This document shows positions 28,501 through 37,200 of a DNA stretch of 64,000 nt, one piece after another. Below the pieces are notes generated by a model. That model made no database searches, was not told where the DNA came from, and saw only the letters and a list, made by a program, of their open reading frames with translations. Location: contig CAVZQN010000004.1 in the NCBI GenBank assembly GCA_963777505.1, positions 160,001-224,000 of the forward strand, written 5' to 3'. Each line of letters starts with the position of its first letter. Positions within the stretch are counted from its first letter, which is position 1. This DNA is from an uncultured bacterium (lineage in GTDB: Bacteria; Acidobacteriota; HRBIN11; JAKEFK01). A program made the translations under genes and the position numbers.

Positions 28501-31385
28501 AGTTGATAGCTGAAAAGATCACCGCCTTCTACACTGAACAAAACATAACTGCCGCTTGCGGGAACATGAATCATTACAGGTGCTTTTTGGCCTGTGCGAA
28601 CCGTATCTTTATCAACAATCAGTTCAAGCCCGCCATGTCTGTATCCCAATTCAGTTGTTGCATTCGTAGCAACCCAAACTGTGGTCTCGCTAACGATTTG
28701 CACAGGCAGTAAGTCTGGCGCTGAATCTTCACTGCTCCATGCAACGCGATAATATCCTTCACGTTCAGCCTTAAATGAAATTTCTCCTTCACCTTCAGCG
28801 CTTGTTTTCACAACGCGAGTCAAAATGTCATCGTGTTGATATCCTCTGAACTTTAAACGCCAGGGTTTTTCTGGCACAGAAGGCGGCGGCGGAAAAATTG
28901 CAAGCCGTTTACGAATTTCATCCAGCTCTTTCCCGGAGATTTCATTGCCGTCAGGATCAATCCAGATTTCGTACCAGTAATCCCGAGTTATTTTTACATT
29001 GCCTTCCGCTTGAATCGGTTGACTATTTGCATCAATTGTTTTGATGTTTATTTTGACTGTATCTGCAGGCCGATAAAGATAATGCTCCGGATTCTGATGG
29101 ACGAAGTAACGCTGACGTGTAACTCGAACCGAATCACTGGCGATGATTTCGCGTCGTGATGCATCGGTGACACGCGCTTCAATCCTGTACTCCTGATCTT
29201 GTTGTTGCCCGTAGGGCGTCTCAATTTTTAATACGGCTTTTCCTGACGCATCTGTTTTTAAAGTTTCGCGTTTCATGATCTGGCCTTGGCCGTACCACAT
29301 TCTTTGCTGCTGGAAATCCTCGTAAAACCAGGAATACTCACGGTGCGGATACCACCAGTGATGAAAAGGATTTTGGTAAATCACGACTTCTACATTCGCA
29401 TTTGCAACAGGACCGCCGAAGTAATATTCAGCTTGAATATTGACATCGACTGTTTCGCCAAGCCGGAATGATTTCTTTTTTCCATTTTCTTCCGGTGTCT
29501 TGATCGTTACCTGGAACTCAGGAAGTTTATATTCTTCAAGTCTGAACAAAGATGCTGATCCAATCGAACGTTTCTCTGAGTCATAAAAAATGACTTGATA
29601 TTCACCGAGCGGCATCGATTCATTTACCGGAATGTTTCCCCAGGCGCTTCCAAATGCGTTCAATGTGATTGCTTGTTCATGAATCTTAGTTCCGCGAGGA
29701 TCGGTAACTTCCATCTGCAACTTTGTTTCTGTTGGATTACGGTAGCCGTTTGACTCCAACACACGTGCGATGATCTTCCATTGAACATCATCGCCAGGTC
29801 TGTACGCAGGGCGGTCGGTGAAAGCATAAATCTTCCAGCCTTGCGCAGGATTGTAATAAGAATTGTATCCACCGCTGAATGCAGTGCGGTCTACTTTCAT
29901 TGCAGTAGCAAGCAGCTCATTGCTGGTTTGATCTTCAAGCAGATCGATCTTTGCAAGTCCATCCTTATCTGTCACTGCTTCGTGTGAGCGCCAGAAATAT
30001 TGCGAATTGGAATAATACTTTTGCCAGAGTTTTATCCGGGCAGTTTCTATAGGGGCACCTGTTTTCACATCGCAAAAGTAGACCAGAGCTTTGCGGCCAG
30101 CAGCTTTGACTACAAGGGAGCTTTCGGTAACCAGAAGAATGTCTCGTGCTTGAAGATCGCCTGCGCGTGCTACCAATACGTACGAGCCGGGCTTGAGTGA
30201 ATCTTCCAGCCGTAAGGATTCTTGTCCTGGAATATGATTTCCTGCATCGGCGATATCTTTACTCCAGTTTTTAACGGGTTCACGTAACTGAATTTGATGA
30301 ATCCAATTTCCATCCGAAGTATTTTGCAAATTGAGATCGCGCGTGAGATCTACAGGATATAGAGCGAGATCAATTTTCTTAAGGTTGCGCCATGTAAGAT
30401 AGTATTGAATTTCAGAACCAGGTAAAAAGAGATTGGAGATTGTTAGAGAAAGTACAGGTTTTGTAATGTTCTCAATTTCGTTTTTAGCTTGATCGTAGTA
30501 TCGTGTTTCGCCTTTTGAATATTGGGTTATGAGTTGTCGATATAACTCCAGTGCTCTTTTAAAATCAGGTTCACGTCTCCATGTTCCATCTTGATTCCGC
30601 ACCATCCGTCCTGATTGGGAAAGCCACTGTGCATAGTTGAACAGTGCATCATCGTGCCAATCGGTAGTTTTGCCAGCCTTCAGAGCTTCTTCGAATTCAC
30701 GCGGTACTCGAGCGGACATATCGCCCGATTGATAACGCAGGGTCATTGCAATTAAGTAATGAGCATGAGCGCGATCCGAATCTTTGGTTGCAATTTTGAG
30801 GACATTTTCAAGAACAGGAAGGGAAATAGTATTTCCGTAGTACCCGTAATAGTAATAGGGTTCCACGCGCGGAGGAGCGGCCATCGTCCAAACGATTTTC
30901 AAATAACGATCGCGAGCTAATTCAATTTGATCAGAACCAGCCCACCAATCCAACGCTTTATCGTAGTAAGGCAGTGCTTGGCCCCAGTTTCTTGCGAATT
31001 GTGCTTCCCAATAGGAATCACCAAGTGATTCCTGCACTTCAGCCCAAAGCTGATCGCGTTCATCTTCACGCACTACATCACGCACAAGCTGTTCAAGCTG
31101 CTGGCGCGCTTTATCGATATTCGTTGTATCGGGAGATTGCGTTGAAGCTTCTGATCGCCAGAGTGAGTCTGCTAGTTTGAACTTCAGCCAGCGTATTTGA
31201 TCTGCTGGAAGTTTTGATGGATCCAGTTTTTGATAAAGTTCATAAGCGCGCGCATACGAACCTTCACGATAATATCGTTCAGCTTCTTTCTGGATCTCAG
31301 TTGGATCCATTTGTTGTGCAAGTAACGTCGTAAGACCAAGCCCGATTCCTACGAATAGTCCCAATAACCTCAGCTTCCCTTTCAT
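25551..31385 (-). CDS. Bacterial alpha-2-macroglobulin with N-terminal TPR-like region
   Basis: Signal peptide. MG2 FTDRPAYRPG, EEYKLPEF, bait region then VRTDFRATAFWKP, PDSLTAW, thioester YPYGCTEQ, C-terminal receptor-binding-like domain (PAGLE...AMYVPE). Confidence 0.95.
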   Translation of the reverse strand: MKGKLRLLGLFVGIGLGLTTLLAQQMDPTEIQKEAERYYREGSYARAYELYQKLDPSKLPADQIRWLKFKLADSLWRSEASTQSPDTTNIDKARQQLEQLVRDVVREDERDQLWAEVQESLGDSYWEAQFARNWGQALPYYDKALDWWAGSDQIELARDRYLKIVWTMAAPPRVEPYYYYGYYGNTISLPVLENVLKIATKDSDRAHAHYLIAMTLRYQSGDMSARVPREFEEALKAGKTTDWHDDALFNYAQWLSQSGRMVRNQDGTWRREPDFKRALELYRQLITQYSKGETRYYDQAKNEIENITKPVLSLTISNLFLPGSEIQYYLTWRNLKKIDLALYPVDLTRDLNLQNTSDGNWIHQIQLREPVKNWSKDIADAGNHIPGQESLRLEDSLKPGSYVLVARAGDLQARDILLVTESSLVVKAAGRKALVYFCDVKTGAPIETARIKLWQKYYSNSQYFWRSHEAVTDKDGLAKIDLLEDQTSNELLATAMKVDRTAFSGGYNSYYNPAQGWKIYAFTDRPAYRPGDDVQWKIIARVLESNGYRNPTETKLQMEVTDPRGTKIHEQAITLNAFGSAWGNIPVNESMPLGEYQVIFYDSEKRSIGSASLFRLEEYKLPEFQVTIKTPEENGKKKSFRLGETVDVNIQAEYYFGGPVANANVEVVIYQNPFHHWWYPHREYSWFYEDFQQQRMWYGQGQIMKRETLKTDASGKAVLKIETPYGQQQDQEYRIEARVTDASRREIIASDSVRVTRQRYFVHQNPEHYLYRPADTVKINIKTIDANSQPIQAEGNVKITRDYWYEIWIDPDGNEISGKELDEIRKRLAIFPPPPSVPEKPWRLKFRGYQHDDILTRVVKTSAEGEGEISFKAEREGYYRVAWSSEDSAPDLLPVQIVSETTVWVATNATTELGYRHGGLELIVDKDTVRTGQKAPVMIHVPASGSYVLFSVEGGDLFSYQLIHMTGTVKLIELPIEEKHVPNIFLNAVMVNDRQIFMDTKQVVVPPVKNFLQVQVKSDREQYQPGEEGTLSVTTKDADGNPVAAELALSLSDESVSYIQQDYAGDPRQFFFGEKRSQTVQTFSTFQQKSYVDLKRRDFDDRERQELGNKLEFDAVGGAMAQSESKVGADQAAPPPPAVAGARRNARVAEKALAKEALAAPEEAAVEVRTDFRATAFWKPDVVTDKTGIATVRVKYPDSLTAWKATARVASNSNQFGIGDATTKTRKPLIVRLQAPRFFVVGDRVTISGVINNNTEKAFSVSTTLEASGLAIGEAGLKTTSVTVEPNSEKRVDWNVEVREAGLAKLRVTSRGGEFADAMEKTYPVFEHGIEKLLVKSGKVRGQEVTIQLNIPAARKKDSTSLSLQVTPSMAVTMLDALPYLIDYPYGCTEQTMSRFLPAVLVAKTINDLNLKKTANQNYGGIVEEHLAKTHPEGKKDLKKLSDMVNAGLQRLYDFQHQDGGWGWWKEGESDHFMTGYVVWGFTLARAAGVEVREDALNRGAEFLAKELVEQEDSYDMQSWMLHALSSYKAQIKSGPGDYEQKALANLWKNKDRLNAYTRALLALSAHQYGDREKASVLIRNLENGVKRDQAPDTSILIKGQETSESVMGTAHWGEDGIYWRWSDGGVEATAFVLRALLAIDPQNTLIEPVSNWLIKNRRGAQWSNTRDTAFVLYTLTDYLKVSQELKTDLEFDVLVNGSHIATQRVTPASVLSAPSLFRIKQELLRDGNNEIQIRKKSGNGPLYFSTEAKFFSLEEPVTAAGNEIFVKREYFRLSGKPTLLKGYTYDRVPLTDSGEVKSGERVEVVVTIEAKNNYEYLVFEDLKPAGLEAVEIRSGESLFATELKSGAVERKLGNKKEQSKISAPQEQSEDHTGRTRWVYQELRDRKVALFIDKLPQGVWQIRYSLRAEVPGQFHALPLLGHAMYVPEIRANGEELRIRVSDVN

Positions 31386-31431
31386 GTATAAAGTCTCCTC
31401 GATAGGTCCACATAATTAGACATCATCTTTG

Positions 31432-31457
31432 AACGTACGCAAGTCTTGAAAGATTCA
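31432..31457 (-). promoter_or_regulatory. Candidate ECF-sigma promoter for alpha-2-macroglobulin
   Basis: Minus strand TGAATC-N16-CGTT, about 46 nt upstream of the ATG. Confidence 0.4.
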
Positions 31458-31461
31458 TTTT

Positions 31462-31562
31462 TTGTAGAAAGGTACGCAGTTCGCACGCATTAATGCGGGC
31501 GAACAGTACCGTAAGACTAACGGAACTGCCTAGCATTCGCCCGGCTGCGTGCCTTACTACAA
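31462..31562 (-). repeat. About 100-bp multi-stem GTAG-bounded REPIN/MITE-like element, copy 1
   Basis: TTGTAG...CTACAA termini. The reverse complement aligns with 59652-59757. Confidence 0.8.
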
Positions 31563-31594
31563 ATACCTTATATACTTAGCCAAGAGCCGAAACG

Positions 31595-33990
31595 ATGAAT
31601 GAATATGAGAAGTTAGGAGCATTTCTATCTCGGGAAGGAATACGACCTTCGTGAGGGCAAACGCAAAGAAAATCTCATTCTTTATGACTCGAAAGATCTT
31701 TTAACACATGGGCTCTGTGTCGGGATGACCGGCAGCGGAAAAACAGGATTATGTATCGATTTGCTTGAAGAAGCAGCAATCGATGGAATACCGTCTATTG
31801 TGATCGATCCCAAAGGAGATCTTGGAAATTTATTGCTTCAATTTCCGAACTTGAGCGCTCAAGAATTTTTGCCATGGATTAATGAAGAAGACGCGCGTAA
31901 GAAAGGATTGGATCCTGAAGCTTTCGCGAAGCAGCAAGCTGATTTATGGCGGAATGGACTTGCTGAATGGCATCAAGATGGATCGCGCATCCGCCGGTTA
32001 CAAGAAGCTGCAGAATTTTCTGTTTATACACCAGGAGGCAGCGGAGGATTACCTGTTTCAGTGTTGAAGTCTTTCAAGGTTCCACCGAAAGCTGTTATGG
32101 AAGATTTCGATTCATTTCGGGAAAGGATCCAGATTTCAACAACCGCGTTGCTGGGATTACTTGGAATTGACGCAAATCCTCTTCAAAGCAGGGAACATAT
32201 TCTTCTTGCCAACATTCTTGAAATCGCCTGGAAACAAGGACAGGATCTTGATCTAGCTGGATTAATTCACTGGATTCAAAATCCTCCAATTGAAAAAGTA
32301 GGGGTGATGGATCTTGAAACATTTTACCCATCAAAAGATCGATTTGCTCTCGCGATGACGATGAATAATCTTCTTGCAGCGCCGGGCTTTTCTACATGGA
32401 TGGCTGGAGAAGATCTCAATTTTGGAAATTTCTTACATTCATCTTCTGGAAAACCACGCGTTTCTATTTTTAGCATTTCGCATCTGAATGATTCTGAAAG
32501 GATGTTTTTTGTTTCATTGATGCTTACTGAAGCGCTGAGTTGGATGCGAACACAGAGTGGAACAACAAGTTTGCGTGCGATTTTATACATGGACGAAATC
32601 TTTGGATTTTTTCCGCCTGTCTCAAATCCTCCATCAAAACAACCATTGCTTGCACTTCTTAAACAAGCGCGGGCTTTTGGATTGGGAATATTGTTAGCAA
32701 CTCAAAATCCAGTGGACCTGGATTATAAAGGCCTTTCCAATTGTGGAACCTGGTTTTTGGGCAGACTGCAAACTGAACGCGATAAAGAACGCGTATTGGA
32801 AGGACTCGAAGGCGCGAGCGCAAACTTCAGCACGCAATTCGACAGGCAAAAGATGTCAGAAATACTTGCAGGATTAAAGACTCGCGTATTTTTAATGAAC
32901 AATGTTCATGAGGATTCTCCAGTGTTATTTGAAACTCGCTGGTGTCTTTCGTACTTGAGAGGCCCGTTGACTCGCGATCAAATCAAGAAATTAATGGATC
33001 CTAAGAAGGTGGCTCAACCGGTAGAAAAGAGTTCAGCTCCGGTCGCAGACGCCAATAAAAGAAAAAGTTTCAAACGAAAGACCTGTAATCCCACCAGAAA
33101 TTCCGCAGCATTATCTACCGATTCGAGGGGTCCCGCCTTCCGATGCTTCCATCCATTACAAGCCGTATGTCTATGGCTCTGCAAAAGTTTTTTATCTGGA
33201 TGGAAAAATGGGAGTCGCAGCGGAACAAGAGATTTTACGCGCTGTTCCATTGAATGAAAAAACTTCAGTTGTTGACTGGCAGTCTTCTGTTGAGATGACT
33301 ATTCCGGAATCCGACTTAGAGCGATTTCCAGCTGAGGAAGCTACATGGGGTCCGTTATCGGCTGAGATTGTTAAGCCTAAGAATTTTGAAAAATGGAACA
33401 AGGCTTTTGCAGATTGGATTTTTCGAACGCAAAAATTGGATCTTTTACAGAGTCCAGTAGCGGGCCAGGTTTCAAAGTCAAACGAATCTGAACGTGATTT
33501 CAGAATCCGTCTGCGTCAAACGTTCCACGAAAAACGTGATAAAGAAGTTGAAAAATTACGGCGCGCATTCGGATCTAAAATGCAAATACTTCAAGAGCGC
33601 ATACGCAAAGCGGAACAAGCTGTCGAACGCGAACAGGAACAGGCTCAAAACGCGAAGATGCAGACGGCGATTTCTTTTGGCACCACAGTTTTGGGTGCAT
33701 TCTTTGGAAGAAAGAAATTGTCCACAACCACTCTTGGAAAAGCGACTACAGCCGCACGGGGGGTTAGCCGGTCAATGAAGGAAGCAAAGGATATTGAACG
33801 TGCGGAAGATACCGTGGAATCCATGAAGCAGAGACTTCTGGATCTTCAAAAAGAACTTCAAACAGAAATCGAAAATATTACGATGAGAATGGATCCACTG
33901 AATGAAGTTCTCCAGCCATTGGAACTTCGTCCCAAGAAAACAAACATCAATGTCCGATTGGTTTCAATTGTATGGGAACCGCATTTTTAA
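31595..33990 (+). pseudogene. HerA/FtsK-like (DUF87/DUF853-type) ATPase with C-terminal coiled coil; two +1 frameshifts (possibly sequencing errors)
   Basis: Removing one T at 31622-31624 gives [17 protein letters not shown]...[15 protein letters not shown] (Walker A). LYMDE (Walker B), [12 protein letters not shown] second extra base near 33040 joins to [14 protein letters not shown] and ORF 33208..33990. Confidence 0.8.
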
Positions 33991-34291
33991 CCGCAGAGGC
34001 ACAAAGGTTACAAGTATTAACCACTAAGTCACGAAGGATTGGATCGTTGCCGATTTCGTTCGCGTAGCGAACGGGCTAAGAATAGAGTCCCAAAACAAAC
34101 CTAGCTGAATCCGAAAGCCGTTCTTTTTTGTAAAGAAAGTTTGTTTTGGACTCTATTCTCAGCCTATTAAGAAAATCGGCAACGATCCAATCACACGGAG
34201 TTAGCTCCGTGATCTCGGTGACTCCGTGGTTTTTCTTTTTATGCGCAACTTTGGCATGCCGGCTTCGTGTTCTTCGTGACCTTCGTGGCTA
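33989..34291. repeat. Composite intergenic repeat region with a 156-bp palindromic insert (34037-34192)
   Basis: Perfect 20-bp terminal IR GATTGGATCGTTGCCGATTT/AAATCGGCAACGATCCAATC and an inner 26/27-bp IR, flanked by CACGAAG/CACGGAG-type repeats. Confidence 0.8.
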
Positions 34292-34299
34292 AGATCTAT

Positions 34300-37200
34300 T
34301 TAAATGGAAAAGTAGTGGATGTTGGATAGCGGTATGTTGATGGCAACAGCGCCTGCGTAATTTTCCGCCGGATTTAGGTTATAGAGGTTCCATCGTTCTG
34401 TCTCGTGTCTGTCAAAGTTTGTCCGGAGAAGACGGGGTGGTTCTTCAGGGGAAAGAGAAACATCAAATTGCTTCAATGCCAGTGAAAGCCCTTTTTCTTT
34501 CGCTTTAATGTACGCTTCTTTTCGGGTCCAGCATCGGAAAAATCCCAATGCTTTTTCGCCAGCAGGCAATGAACGAAGTGTTGCAGCTTCTGATGGTGAA
34601 AAGTATTGATTAGCAATTTCTTCGTTGTCCATATTTTCGCGAATATATTCCACATCGACTCCGATCTCGGCGCCTGCTGTCAATGCAAATACAATGACAT
34701 CATGTGAGTGAGAAACATTGAAATTGAAACCGGTGAAATTCTTAAGGAATGGTTTGCCATAACTGTTGTAATGAAACTGAATATCCTTTGGCTCCATTTG
34801 TGTATACAGGCTTAAAACCGATCGAAGTAAAGCTCGGCCAATCACATATTTTTGGCTGTCTGGTTGAAAATGAAATCTTCGCGCGCGCTGCAGCTCTTCT
34901 TTAGAAAGGACTTGTAAGAAATCGTCAACACTCTTTTCGTGTGCGCTAAAGAGTGCTTTCCAAATGTGAAGTTCTCCTTCTTGAATTCGGAAGGTAGATT
35001 GATTTGATTCCATTTTTATGCCATTTGAAGAGTTAGTGATTTCGATTCTGTTCTCGTTCTTCGTTGAGAATTCATCAATGCATTGCTGCAATGCTTCGGC
35101 TAACTCTTTAACGTTTGGTTCTTTTAAGATACTGAGATGATCGCCAGGAATATTGCAGACAGTAATCATTCGTGCAAATGGTTTCCAACCGACATCCGGT
35201 GCTATCTTTTGACCAACGGCTTTTTGCATTGCCAGAAAGAGTGTGAGATCTCCGGGATAATAGCCAGGATGATAATCGAGCAGCGCTTGATTATTCGCTT
35301 CGTGCACTCGCAATAAAGTTTTCGGTAGAGGCTTTCCAAGTTTGCGGAAAAGCTTATAGTTCGCAAGTTTTAGTTTTGTGCGTACTCTTCTTTTTACTGT
35401 TCTGAATTTTTGTTTGAGATGCGATTTCCATTGCTTTTTCACGAAAAGCATATCGAAATGATATTTGATTCTTTCTTGATAGGCAGTCCATTTGCTTGGA
35501 ACGACTTCCTGATCCAAAGACACGATTCGAAGAAATGTAGGCGCTTCGGTATCAAACAATGCAAGAACGCCAACCTGATCGCCCATTTCAAAAAGCTGAC
35601 GGGCCATTTCAAATGCAATCGTTCCTCCGGAGGAGAGTCCACCAAGATGATATGGGCCTTCTGGTTGTAATGTCTTGATCTCGCGAATGTAATCGGCTGC
35701 CATCTCTTCTACAACGACATGCGGTGTTTGTTTTCCATCGAGTCCGCGCGCCTGCAAACCATAGATCGGTTGATTAGGGGACATATATTCACCGAGAGGT
35801 TGATATCCCACGACGTTTCCGCCAATTGCATGAATGCAGAAAAATGGCGGAAGCTCTCCATTGGGTTGAATCGGAACTAGCGAAGACCAATGAGCGTTCC
35901 ATCCATCTTGTTTTAAGATTACTGCGAGTTGCTCAATTGTCGGAGCCTCAAAAAGAGTTGCAAGCGGAAGATTCTTTCCTGTTTCTTTTTCAATTTGTGA
36001 AAAGAGACGGACAGCGAGTAGAGAGTGACCGCCAAGATCGAAAAAGTTGTCCTTGATTCCGACTCTTGTAACATTCAGCAGTTTTTGCCAAATGCCGGCA
36101 AGCTTTAACTCCAGCTCATCACGTGGAGGTACATAATCCTTCTGCTGATCACCATCCAGGTTTTCCGGAAGTGGTAAGTTTTTTCTATCAATTTTTCCCG
36201 TTGCGGTAAATGGAAGATTTTCCATGAAGATAAATGTTGCAGGAATCATGTAATCCGGCAGTTTGGAGCTGAGAAATTCTTTCAATTCGCGAGATGTAGT
36301 CGATTTATCGTGTAAGGAAGCATAAGCGACGATTCGGGCAGTACCATCAAGAGTTGGTGCAGTTACCGCAGCTTCACGAACGCTGGTATGTTGCGACAAG
36401 GCTGTTTCAATTTCACCAAGCTCAATCCTGAACCCGCGGATTTTTACCTGATTATCGACTCTGCCATAGAATTGCAAATTGCCATCAGGCAAATAGCGAA
36501 CAAGGTCGCCTGTTTTATAGATACGACTTTTCTGATCATTAATAAATGGATCTGTAAGAAATCTTGACGTTGTCAGCTCTGGACGATTCAGATACCCGCA
36601 TGAAACGCCTTCGCCGCCAATCCATAATTCTCCGGGAACACCGACTGCAACCGGCTGCATATTTTTGTCAAGAACATAAATCCGCGTGTTTGCAATCGGG
36701 CGTCCGATTGGAACATCCTGAATTGAATCCGCGGTTTTTCTATTGATTTGCGAGTCGCTGAAGATCGTTGAAGTAATAGTCGTTTCGGTTGGTCCATAGC
36801 CATTAAAAAAATGAACAGAATCTCCCGCTATTTGCAGCCATTGTTTGTACGCAGGATATGAAACTTTTTCGCCTCCAACTACGACTGCACGAACGCAGGA
36901 AGGGATCACAAAAGAAGAGGATTGAATTTCCTGAACCAATTCATGCCAGTAAGCAGTAGGCAGGTTCAGAAGAGTGATCTTAAATTTCTCAACTTCTTTC
37001 AGAAACGTATTAAACGATGCGAGCATATGCTCATGTCGCAAGACAAGAGTCGCTCCCGTCAACCATGTGGGATACAACTCTTCGGCGGCGACATCGAAAC
37101 TGATAGAGGCAAATTGCAATGGACGATCATCCGATTGCAGGCTATAAACTTTTTTCACTCCGAGCGCTTGATTCACTAAATTGCGATGACAGACTGCTAC

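Noticed and set aside
31595-33990. HerA-based anti-phage system
   Set aside because: No Sir2, nuclease or other effector gene is adjacent.
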